Below are positions 52,742 through 64,000 of a DNA stretch of 64,000 bases, piece after piece. Positions within the stretch are counted from its first letter, which is position 1; every line of letters starts with the position of its first letter. Source of the stretch: Podarcis liolepis (Eukaryota); the NCBI GenBank assembly GCA_965112155.1, contig OZ218109.1, one strand, 5' to 3'. The notes below the pieces were generated by a model that did not search any database, was not told where the DNA came from, and saw only the letters and a program-made list of their open reading frames with translations. Both the position numbers and the translations under genes were made by a program.

Positions 52742-52870
52742 ATTATATCAAAAGGATTATAAGAAGATAATCCATGTTATGCACTTGGACACTTAGAAGC
52801 ACCCTGTTAATCCCAAAATGCACACAGGACTTTGCTTTTCTTACAGAGAAATGAAACGGTCCATACTTAC

Positions 52871-53082
52871 GGCTTTTGAGGTAGCGCACGGGGTGGAAGT
52901 GGGAGGTTTGGCCACACTTTGTCCAGGAGGAAGGCTCGGTCTCTGGCCTGTATCTGGGGGGGAAGAGGACGTGTGAATCCGTGTTTCTAGCCTCTCTGGT
53001 TCATGTTTGTAGGATTCAAGCGGAAACGTTGGCTGCTTGATCACTTGTGTCGGGGTCGAGGGAGAGGAGGAAAGACCAGAGG
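52871..53082 (-). CDS. PRKAG2: PRKAG2 exon 4 (212 bp), [70 protein letters not shown]
   Basis: Acceptor TTTGTTTATAG, donor GTAAGT; gamma-2-specific N-terminal extension; inside ORF 52841..53092; phase 1 in, phase 0 out. Confidence 0.96.
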
Positions 53083-53871
53083 CTATAAACAAAACAAAAA
53101 AAATATGCAGATCATTAAATCTCAGTATACATATTGGGTGAGCAATGGCTTAAGCCATGCAAAGGCTTTAATCCAATATTTTCATCTCCCCACAACACTG
53201 CAACACTGAACAGAAATCTTGTCCTATTTACAAAGTACGGGTCTTCCTCCCATTGCCATAAAATGCCTTTTTTAATCTATAAAGTAGCTGCTGTGAAGAG
53301 TGTGTTGATCTCAAGCAAGCACAACCAGCCAGATGTGGCTGCGGAAGAGATACCATCCCATTCCTCGTTGTCATTGTTGACAGCCATGTAGAGCAATCTG
53401 TGAAGAAAACTGGGGTGAAAGCAAGAGTAGAGATGCTTGTGCCTTCCTGTTTTCTAGGGATTTCTCCTCCCCACATGTACACACACACACCAGGGACTGT
53501 TCAAAGGGTGAGGGGAACTAATGATATGCCAACTCCCTTGGCTTGAATCACTACTGGCTCACATAAATCGAATACTTCAGGTGGGGAGATCACATTCTTT
53601 GAAAGCTCCAGGTGCCCGGCAATGTTTTGCTTTCTCACAGTCTCCTGGGAACAGTAGTGTGGTAGGGATGGAGTTTCAGAGCAAGGCAGCTCAGCTTAAT
53701 GCACTCAGGTATTGCAAGGTCAGAAAATTTGTACTGCGAGCCTGCTATTTTTAAAAACCCTAGAAAAAACAACAACCCCAAAACGAAAAGTTAGAGAGCA
53801 GTGCAGGCAAGTTCAGCTAAGCCAAGGCAGTTCTTTTGTGGAAATGTATAAAGCTGATTGTAAGAGAGGAT

Positions 53872-54276
53872 GTATGGAAGTGAGAGCTGGACCATAAAGA
53901 AGGCTGATCGCCGAAGAATTGATGCATTGGAATTATGGTGCTGGAGGGGAGACTCTTGAGAGTCCCATGGACCTCAAGAAGATCAAATCTATCCATTCTG
54001 AAGGAAATCAGCCCTGAAGGACAGATCCTGAAGCTGAGGCTCCAATACTTTGGCCACCTCATGAGAAGAGAAGACTCCCTGGAAAAGACTCTGATGTTGG
54101 GAAAGATGGAGGGCACAAGGAGAAGGGGACGACAGAGGACGAGATGGTTGGATAGTGTTCTCGAAGCTACCAGCATGAGTTTGACCAAACTGTGGGAGGC
54201 AGTGGAAGACAGGAGTGCCTGGCGTGCTCTGGTCCATGGGGTCACAAAGAGTCGGACACTACTAAACAACAACAAC
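53872..54276 (+). mobile_element. RTE-BovB LINE 3' fragment
   Basis: Encodes LKLRLQYFGHLMRREDSLEKTLMLGKMEGTRRRGRQRTRWLD; (CAA)n tail; TSD AAGAGA(G/T)GAT at 53862-53871 and 54277-54286. Confidence 0.93.
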
Positions 54277-55130
54277 AAGAGATGATACTGCTTAGCTTAG
54301 CCACTTTCAATGTCTGATGGAGCCAGATGGGAAGGGAAGGGCAGAGTTAGAAATGCCCCAAGGGACTCCCACCCGCTTTATTAGGAATCTGGAACTGGCC
54401 AGGCTGTCAATTTCAACATCTTTGGTCCATTAGAGCCAAGTGGCTGTTACAGGATTTCTTACAGAAAATGTATGTGGTATGATGACTTTCCCTAGCAAGC
54501 ACTGCTAGAGGAAATAGAGGAGGGAGAGTTGGTGGATACAATTAACAAAGGTCTCTAGAGCAGCAGCCTTCTCCAATTTGGTGCCCTGAAGATGTATTGG
54601 CTTACAACCATCAGTCCCAGCCAGAATGGCCGATGGTCAGGGATGATGGGAGTTGTAGTCTGAAGAGAACCATGCTAAGGAAGGCTCCTGTACTGAGGAT
54701 TTGTACCAATCCCATTATTTCAACACAATCCGTCTTCTGTTGGTCGAAAGTATCATGAAAGTCAACGGTACAGCAGTTTCCGTTGGTTTTAAAGACCATA
54801 TCTTGGCAACCTGAAATTGACTTTTGTTTGAAGAGGCATTTGTGTTGTGTAAAATTAAACAAAACACACACACAATAGCTGTTAAGGTACTGTTCAGAAC
54901 CAGGAAACTGTTAATGCAGGCCCTCCTCAGCAGTTCTGTTATCTCAGATGTTGCTATGAGAAAGTGAACACTTCCAAGCAGCAAAGAAATTGAACTAAAG
55001 ATTTAAAGGCTGTTATGAATGGTAAATAAGCAAGAAAGCTGAAAAATGGTTGTTTGCTCTCTCCTATAAAGATTCCCAATTGTGACATGTTATAAAAAAA
55101 AACAGAAAAACCTTCTGGATATGCTCTTAA

Positions 55131-55480
55131 AAAGGTAAAGGTAAAGGGACCCCTGGCCATTAGGTCCAGTCGTGACCGACTCTGGAGTTGCGGCGCTCAT
55201 CTCGCTTTATTGGCCGAGGGAGCCAGCATACAGTTTCTGGGTCATGTGGCCAGCATGACTAAGCCGCTTCTGGCGAATCAGAGCAGCACACGGAAACGTC
55301 ATTTACCTTCCCGCCGGAGCGGTACCTATTTATCTACTTGCACTTTGACGTGCTTTCGAACTGCTAGGTTGGCAGGAGCAGGGACCGAGCAACGGGAGCT
55401 CACCCCGTCACGGGGATTCGAACCGCCAACCTTCTGATCAGCAAGTCCTAGGCTCTGTGGTTTAACCCACAGTGCCACCC
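55131..55480 (-). mobile_element. Sauria SINE, near full length
   Basis: Reverse complement of the plus-strand copies; (GGTAAA)n on the plus strand. Confidence 0.93.
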
Positions 55481-56148
55481 TTATGCCACTGTTATTAGGA
55501 TGCACATTTGTATTTCTAAACACATGATGTTGCTTTACGCAGGGTTTGATCATTGGCTCACTTAACCTAATACTGAATGCTCTGATCAGCAGCTGCTCTC
55601 TGGCATTATTTTGTAATAGGCTTGGATTGTTTTTCATTTTGTGTGAGTCACCTTGGGAGAGTTTTTAAGGACCAACAGGTGGGTATTAAAGTTATTATAA
55701 AGGAACATCATGAAATGTCTCAGCAGAGGGTCTTTCCTACCCTTCTACTTAAAGTAATATTTAACTAATTCTGCTATAGATAAACCACAGGAGCTTTTAT
55801 GTGTATAGCATTTCCCCCACAACTGCTCTGTAGCCCCACATTCCATCACAGTTTTAAAATATTATATTCCATTTCACTTATGGAGGTCTGCTATATATGA
55901 CCAGGAAAGTGACAAGAGGAAGAAGAGATGAAAAAAGCCAGCAAAATTAGCACATGCAACAGGAAAGAGGAAGAGGAGACAGATGGTCAAGAGAACAGAC
56001 CCGGTGAACACAAGAGAATACATTTGTGGGAGATTGTGGGGGTCGTTGTTAAGAAGCAGAGAGGGAGCGTGCAGTTCGGATCTTGAGCGAGAGCTGGGAA
56101 AAGAAGGAAAGGGAAAGAGTCTGTGGGTAATCTGTTTGTTTGGAGATA

Positions 56149-56211
56149 CAGTTGTACCTTGGATCTCGAACGTCTTGCAAGCTGAACATTTTGGCTCCCG
56201 AACGCTGCAAA
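56149..56211. mobile_element. Tigger-like MITE left-end fragment
   Basis: TA followed by CAGTTGTACCTTGG; no partner TIR seen. Confidence 0.5.
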
Positions 56212-56715
56212 GCTTGCAGTCTATGTCCTGACAGATTCTAAGCTAGAGAACATTCATATTCTCAAGAATCTCCCTACACCCTTCTGCTGTGCCTGATGCT
56301 GTCTCTAACTAACAGATGCTAACTCTAACTAACAGATGACTACATAAAGAACATTGTTTCTTCTAGCTAGAATAGCATTTAATGCCCTTTTCTATATGTT
56401 TGAAAAGACCTTGCTTCAGTCTGCTGGTCAAGATATCAGACAACAATACTCCTTTGCAGTCAGACACGATATCAGTGCACTGTTTCAGACCACGATACAT
56501 ACTAAGGATTAATCAGACTTGCCATTTCGCATCAGACTACATGGGAGTCAAGCTTTCTAGGTTGTGAGAAAGGTTAATGAACTGTGCAATCCTATAAATG
56601 TCTACACAGGTCTAAGCTACTGAGTTCAGTGGGATTTACTCTGAGGAAACCGTGAACAGGATTAAAATCCGAACTCTCTTCCCCAATGCTTCATTTCTTC
56701 CAAGTTCAATGCATT

Positions 56716-57013
56716 AAAGGTAAAGGTAAAGGTAAAGGTAAAGGTAAAGGTAAAGACCCCTGACAGTTAAGTCCAGTTGCAAATGACTCTGGGGTTGCGG
56801 TGCTCATCTTGCTTTACTGGCTGAGGAAGTCGGCGTTTGTCCGCAGACAGATTTCTGGTCATGTGGCCAGCATGATGAAGCCGCTTCTGGTGAAACCAGA
56901 GCAGCGCATGGAAGCGCCATTTACCTTCCCGCCAGAGCGGTACCTATTTATCTACTTGCACTAGGTTGGCAGGAGCTGGGACCGAGCAACGAGAGCTCAC
57001 CCCATCGTGGGGA
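56716..57013 (-). mobile_element. Sauria SINE, 5'-truncated, expanded hexamer tail
   Basis: About six GGTAAA units followed by the Sauria body with an internal deletion. Confidence 0.9.
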
Positions 57014-58589
57014 CAATGTTTTTACAGGCAGGTAAGTGTTTTCGGAGTGCTTGAAGCTTTGGTGGAAACTGCAAATGATGACAATGACATTCCATTCAAA
57101 GGAAATATGATTTACTGCATTACAGCTCCTTAATGCGACTGCTGAGATGCATCTATCACAAGAGCTAATGGGCTAACATATCGGCTGAAGAGAGGTCCAA
57201 TAGCAACAGGCTGTGCCAAAACACTAATAATCAGACACACAGGAGCCAAGCCACACAGTTAGCAACGTCAGAGACATGCCAAAAAAATAAAATAAGAGGA
57301 TGCAGTAAATGGTCAGCAAATGAGGTTTCTTCAGGAATACTACAGAGCTGTGTATAAGATTGTCTTCATATAGTTTCTCTCCACTTTCACTCTCTCTGTC
57401 CCACTCAAATGTGTGAATGGACAGGGAGTATGTCAGGGCTGAACCAAGGATAGTGGTCTCAAGTGAGCCAGGAGCTAGGAACCAGGAACTGTGGGAAAAG
57501 CCAATAATCAGAAGTGAAGAGTAAGTCTCTACGCAAAGGACGAACCACAAGGTGAGGTCAACGAGCAAGTCAGAAATCCGGATCAAAGAATAACCAAGGA
57601 TACAATACCACACCAGAGTTCAGGAAAACCTTGTTGCTTGAGCAACAAGCCCTACACCCATCTATATCACTAGTGGCCTCAGGGGCTAGGGGTGTGGGGT
57701 TTGAAGGAGGGCTGAGGCATGGGCAGAAAGGGTTAGACTTCCTTGTCCACCCATACGCCAGCCTCAATTACAGAAGCGTGCTGGTTTTAAAATGGATTAT
57801 TTGTAATTTAATTTGGATTAGCGATTGGCCAGGATTGCACACAGAAGTTGAGCAGTTTTGCACCCACACAGGTAGGACCTTGCAATGTGTGTTCCAACAA
57901 GGTTTTGGAGTTCAGCCTTTCCCTTTGCTTTTGATTTGTGCATCAATATTGCTGCAAATCCAAATCTGCCGTTAACCACTCTTCTATTTTCCCATCAGCT
58001 TAGGCTTTCCTTTTCTGGCACTGCTCAAGATCTGACATGCAAAGCCATTTCTCTCCGGGCTAAATATTTTCCACACCTTTTAAGCATTTGCTTACCATTT
58101 TTGTGCCAGCATTTCAAATGTGCAAATATTCCATGTGCACTGTGTTAGGGCATGGGGCAAAGGACTCTCTTCCCCTGCAACCCTTCCGTAAAGGTTTGCA
58201 CTCTTCCACTAATAGGGAAAAGAGGCGCAGGCAAGCTATGGCTGGTGAATGTTAAGTAGAGCCAGTTACTTGTAGCAAAACTGAGCAGGGCCTGCTATTT
58301 CTCCATTAGGCTGATTCATCGCAAAGAATACCAGGCATTTAAGGCAATTGCTGCAAACTTCACATGATAACAGTTGACTGCAGTTGCTTAATGGCTGTGA
58401 AGGCACATACAAAGCAGCAGGTGAAGAGTGTGCTGATGATTTGTAATGAAAGCTCTCGAGATGGGAAGCCACATAAGGAAGCGAGCAGCTAGGCAGTACA
58501 ACCCCTACTGCAACTGGGAAATGTTGCATTTCCCTTTAAAAGATATAACGCAGGGGGAGATACAGCATCTCCTGGCTCATTCTTCCACT

Positions 58590-58963
58590 TTGTTGCTGTT
58601 GTTTAGTTGTTTAGTCGTGTCTGACTCTTTGTGACCCCATGGACCAGAGCACGCCAGGCCCTCCTGTCTTCCACTGCCTCCCGCAGTTTGGTTAAACTCA
58701 TGCTGGTAGCTTTGAGAACACTGTCCAACCATCTCGTCCTCTGTCGTCCCCTTCTCCTTGTGCCCTCCATCTTTCCCAACATCAGGGTCTTTTCCAGGGA
58801 GTCTTCTCTTCTCATGAGGTGGCCACAGTATTGGAGCCTCAGCTTCAGGATCTGTCCTTCCATTGAGCACTCAGGGCTGATTTCCTTCAGAATGGATAGG
58901 TTTGATCTTCTTGCAGTCCATGGGACTCTCAAGAGTCTCCTCCAGCACCAGAATTCAAAAGCA
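58590..58963 (-). mobile_element. RTE-BovB LINE 3' fragment
   Basis: Same ORF C-terminus (track ORF 58603..59064); TSD TCTTCCACT at 58581-58589 and 58964-58972. Confidence 0.93.
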
Positions 58964-59082
58964 TCTTCCACTACTCCCCCAATAAATGCATATATTGAAC
59001 GACGCATGAATATGACTGGCCCTATTGTATCTACACCGGCCCCAACAGATGGGAGGAATCTCAATTGCTATGCCATTCTAAA

Positions 59083-59470
59083 GTTGTTGTTGGTACCCAT
59101 CTGTCTCGGGAGGCAATGGCAGAGTGCACTTTCGGGGGTAACGTCAAACTGTTGGAGAGTTACAGCGCCTGCTGTGGCTGTAGAGACCGATATGGGAGAG
59201 ATGTTTTGTTGCAGCTGGGGCAGGTGAAGGCATCTGCTTGTGCTGCTGCAGATGCACCATGGCGTTTCTTCTCTCTGCGCTCCTCCCAGCGGTCATTCCT
59301 CCTCTGGTCACTGCTATGGATGCACAACCTGACTGCCTGTCTGCAGGCCCCACGGTCGTCCGCAAGGGGTTCCCACAGGGCAGGGTTGACATTGCCAGCC
59401 TTCATGTCACATTTGGAGACATCTTTGTAACACAGAGCTGAGCTTTTGAGAGGCCTAGTGCCTGATGCAA
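59083..59470 (-). mobile_element. RTE-clade (non-BovB) LINE 3' fragment with C-terminal Cys/His finger remnant
   Basis: YKDVSKCDMK...WEPLADDR...FTCPSCNK then, after a frameshift, IGLYSHSRRC; (CAA)n tail. Confidence 0.8.
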
Positions 59471-61298
59471 CACACTTTTGTCTTGGCATGGGGATGCGCC
59501 AGGTTGAACAGAGACCCCGTCACTCCTTGAAGTACACACCATACACCAGGGCACTGTTATCATTATTACCTTGTGAACTGTAAATATTTTAATCAATCAA
59601 GGGACAAAAGCATGCTGACCCTGCGTAGAATTGAGCTGTATAGAATCTTAAGCAAGTCTTCTCTGTCCCCCACAGCCCTCACCCCAATCTATAATATTTA
59701 TTTATACTGAAACGTATAGGCTGCCTTTTGTGCTCAGAGGGCCCTTAAAAAAGAAAGAAAAGAAAACAATGATGAACACAATAAAAAGGAAATGGAGATT
59801 TGAGTTCTGGTTGTCAACAAATTTGGTTCTCTGCTATTGTGATGTTTGGTTTTTTTTATAATAGTTTTATATTTTTGTTTTTGTGTGTGTGGATTTGGTA
59901 TATTTTAGTATATTGCTATGCATCTTGGCAAGTGTTATTGTTGTTGCAATTAACGCAGCATTCAAGAAATCTTTCCAGACGGTGAACTCGGAACGTTTGC
60001 AAGCTGCCCCTGCCCTAGGTAGCATATTTTCCTGCTGATCGGAAGGACCACTCTTCTTCAGCTTATTATTCAAACACATTAGCCCACAAAAAACAGCGAA
60101 CACATTCAAGTAGTCCTTGAGCGAATACATCCTTGGCCCCTGCTAACGAAACAACAAGCGCTAAGGCAACACAGCCCTGAAATGCTGACCTCCGACCCTG
60201 TCACTTACGCCATGAGCCTGTTGCAATGCCTAGGCGCCCTGGGCTTTATTTACTTAGCACATCACCTGGTTTCTCATTCTCTTACAGAATACTTCACATT
60301 CCTCAATGGTGAGGCTTTAAAGGAACAGGTTCTGGGCCCAGTCTGCTCCCCTGCAAGTGTGATCGCCATTAACCTGGCTGCACTACCAGTGACATTAGTT
60401 ACACTCAAATCCATGCACACTTTGTGCAAAATGTAATATATACAAATTCTGGAGCCCAAATTCTGTGACGAGAAATGCTTGATTATTTGCCCCTTACAAA
60501 CCTCACAAATTAGGTAAAGCTTCGGGAGTTTCTCCTCTACAGCTTTATTTACTTTGATTCTTTAGAACAACCACCACAACGACGAATCATGTAATTTGCA
60601 GGCAAAAGAAATGCCTTCATATTCAAACAATCCATAATTAACATGAGAATTTGCTGCCATAAGATGTGGTGGTATACAACTATGTTTTACTCAAAATAGA
60701 CCCAACAGGTGTTACCTTGAGTTGAAGAAAGAGCCCTCTAATTATTTGGGTTTCTTCCGCCTCAATCATTCCACCCCTTGATTGTGTGGATCCAGTGAGA
60801 ATAGGTTCCTGTCTCCAAATAAGATGCTAATAAACTTGGCCAACTACAACCAGGTCCTACACATGTTAACTCCAAAATAAATACCATTGTGCTGAGTTAC
60901 TTACTCCCAAGTAACCATGCACAAATTTGCAGGGAAGGGGGTTGTGTTATATAGTGAAATGAGAAAAATATTCCACAATCTAGATCTTGGCGCGCTAAAT
61001 CCCTCTGAAACCACTGAGGATTTGCAAAATAACCTACATATTATGCATGTCATCCAGAACATGGAATGCCAACGCATGTAAAACCATTGTGCTATATGAC
61101 TGGCATGCATGCTGGATATTTCCAAAATAGGGGGTGGGGGGAACCATGCAAACACCAAAAGCCAAGTTAGGGTATTTCTTGGAGTAGGCAAACCTCAGAG
61201 CAACTATGAATTTGTTTGTCTGTTTGTTACTATTTCTAAGATGCTCCTAGGTATGATTGTACTGTGTTTTGATGTTATCTTGTTATCAAAACACAGTA

Positions 61299-61550
61299 CA
61301 GTCATACCTTGGGATAAATAAGCTTCAGGTCGAGCGCTTTCGGGTTGTGCTCCGCGGCGACCTGGAAGTAACGGAGTGCATTACTTCCGGGTTTCGAAAC
61401 TCGAACATGCGCAGACTGTCAAAATGACATCACGCGCATGTGCGGAAGCGGCAAAATGCGACCCGCAGACGCACTGTTGTATCTTACGTTCTGTTCAGTA
61501 TGCGAACGGGGCTCCGGAACGGATCCCATTCGCATCCCAAGGTACCACTC
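61299..61550. mobile_element. Tigger-like MITE, family D
   Basis: Imperfect TIR CAGTCATACCTTGGGAT versus GAGTGGTACCTTGGGAT; TA TSD. Confidence 0.8.
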
Positions 61551-64000
61551 TAATAAAATATCACATACAAACACAAGACCCAAATATTAAATGCGACAGT
61601 CTGAGTGATCAAGGAGCAGGTTATAGTGTGTACTGAAGCCAGCTTTATTTACTACCCTAAATTCTAAGCACAAAGCATAGGTTCTCTCTCTCCGCCCCCC
61701 CCCTTCATTATGGTGAATGGTGGGGATCTGTTTTTTTAGCGAGAGCTTGTAAGGAACCAATGGGATTGCAGTGAGTCTCGATGGACTCCACATACAGATA
61801 ACACGGTGGCACATTGCATTTCCCGAAGGGAGACTTGCTAGTGAAGGATGACCCTCCTGCAATCAGAAGAGGATTCTCCTAATTCATCACTCCACTTTTT
61901 CCCAGAAGAGTGTATGGCAACCATTCATTTAACGGGGAGAAGGGGAGGGGTAAAAGCGTGTCCTGGAAACCTACCAGGGTGAGATTTAAACTTCTTCCTC
62001 CCCTGCCTCTGTTTTTCCCAGGGATCCGAGCCCTTAAGAATCAAGCCCACTCTGGTCTGAACAGCTCTCGTCTCTGTGAAGCGGTAATAGCACAGGGACA
62101 GAGTAGATGTATTGATCTGATGCAGATCAACCTACCTTCATCCTACCTTCATCCTACAACCTACCTACCTTCATCCAGTATCCCCATCCGAGGTTTCGTT
62201 TCTCGGCCACGCTTGAATGTGCAACAATCTTTGGAACTGATATCACCGACCATTTCTCAGACTTTGATTGCTCAGGGCTTTTAGTCCTCATGGGATCCCA
62301 CTGGCAGTGATAAGAGTCAAAGGTCATTTGCACAAAGGGATGTCAGACTGAACCTTCGTAAAGAACAACTCTCTGAAAGGGTGCTGTGAATGGCTACCAG
62401 GAAAACAGCCTTCTTGGCAGCAGCACCCCATTTCTGCAATGCCCTTTCCAGGGAGACTCGCCCGGCACCAACGTTGCTATTTTGTGTGTGTGTCCAGCAC
62501 AGAGCTTTCAAAATTTTAATTTCTTGGGTTCTTTTGTTTTAAGCACTTTAATTTTGGAATAGCACCTGGTTTTATGCTGCATTATCGTCTGTTTTTATTA
62601 TTTTGTATTTGATGGTGAAACTCTGTAGGCTGCCCAAATAAATTCTATCTGAAAGGTGGGATATAAATCTCTGTTAACAAAATAACAATGAAGTAATGTG
62701 CTTGGGAGTAAGACCAATTAAACTTGGTGGGACCTTATTTCAAATAAACCTGCATAGAACCAGGCTATTAAAACTATTTAGCTTTGGCAGGCTTGTGCAA
62801 AACCTCTGGACAAAGCAATACGGTATGTCGAGAAAGCTGACTCCCAACCTGGGAATACAACTTGCTTTTATGCTCTGGGCTGCAGGGGTTGAACATGAAA
62901 ATGCTAGTGCAAGCCATTGTGATAATAAAGCCTTGGTTTGTCATTCCTTCTCCTTTATGAGACTGGATTTTTTCAGCATATAGGCATTGCATCCTTGCCA
63001 GGAGAACAATTAACCCCCCCCCCGCAAAGTAACCTACACCATTTAAAATTCAAAATGCATCCGAGTGCAGCCTCGTCCCATGGGGAGACAGCAGGGGTGT
63101 GAGGTGGGGGAAAGAGAGCTCCAGACTTTCAGCCCTGCTCATCATCATTCTTATCCTGCTAACGTGGGAAATTAATCTCTTTATTAATGTATGTCGCAGT
63201 GTGGTTCCTTGGACACCTGCCAAAGCCCTCCTGGAGGAATGAGTGATGACTGCTTAGCTCCTGTTTGACAGAAAATAAACTGCTTGTGCCTCGCTTATGA
63301 TCCCTTACTGTACTTAGTGAAATAAATTTGTGCCGGTTATAGCAAAAGATCACATCTGCAGCTTGCACGTTTGAGCAATTTGCTCTCTCTCAGAAGCTGA
63401 TATCACCGCTCCCCACTCACCTACCTCCCATTGAAATGGATGCCCTCTCTGCACAAAGACCCTCTCTGCCATCTCTTGCTTTTCCCCACCCCTACAACCT
63501 GGTAATCGTACAGACAGCCATTGAACTTCTTACAAAAGGGATATTGGTATCTCAGCCATTCACACTTTCTTGTATTTGGACTTCCTTTCTTTTTTCTTTT
63601 TTTTGCAGTGAAGTTAAAACTATTTGTTGCGCCACTCCTGCCGCAACCAGGCTAGTTTCCCTTGAAAGCCCCTTTAAAAGAAATTCTACTACTCCTCTGC
63701 TATTGGCTGCTTGCAGGGAGGCTGAGCAGGCAATTGTCTCTGGCTCTAGTTCCACTTGCCAGCGTACGTGTTTGCCCTTGAGGCTGAGAACACTCGGATG
63801 AAACGCACCACAAGGCGGCTTTCCGAGTCTTGCTCTGAGGAGGCCGGCAGCTGTTGGTTCCTCTCAACACTCCTCTTGCACACAGCGGGAAGCGGCTGGC
63901 CAGAGACAAGACGGGCTGGCCTGTCAGCAGCGTCCGATCCAACTCACGCCTGCACTTCCCACAGGCTTCTTGTAGCAGCATTCTTCTCCAGAAAACTCTT

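Noticed and set aside
57431-58037. Possible LTR (TGTCAG...CTGACA)
   Set aside because: No TSD at these ends and the boundaries are uncertain.
58603-59489. Longest ORFs in the track (up to 198 aa)
   Set aside because: Sense or antisense frames of truncated BovB and RTE fragments.
53083-64000. Cardiac gamma2-3B alternative first exon or exon 3
   Set aside because: No matching peptide seen in the ORF track or by eye; probably beyond the window.

Overview
Vertebrate nuclear DNA from a squamate reptile; the repeat content (Sauria SINE with ACCTTT tails, RTE-BovB, L2, CR1, Penelope-like ends) points to a lacertid lizard. The whole window lies inside PRKAG2 (AMPK gamma-2 regulatory subunit) on the minus strand. 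I mapped nine GT-AG coding exons: human-numbered exon 4 and exons 6-13. Lengths of exons 6-13 equal my recollection of human, and their phases join in frame. Exon 5 is not visible and by phase arithmetic probably lies in the 200-N gap (27591-27790) beside an intragenic CpG island, the likely short-isoform promoter. Nearly all ORFs in the supplied track are intronic or repeat-derived noise. Introns carry many TEs with resolvable TSDs and TIRs: Tc1/mariner-pogo and hAT MITEs, three solo LTRs, LINE 3' ends and SINEs. Most notable: three SINEs share one CR1-LINE 3' tail but carry three different tRNA heads (Asn, Ile, Lys), and the donor CR1 is present in the same window. Also of interest are sense-oriented solo LTRs with promoter or splice-donor features upstream of the inferred exon 5, CArG-like boxes in the CpG island, inverted SINEs around exon 4, a MITE made of tandem hairpins, and MITEs sitting in excision-footprint-like sites. 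Comparisons with human and with tRNA sequences are from memory, not from database searches.
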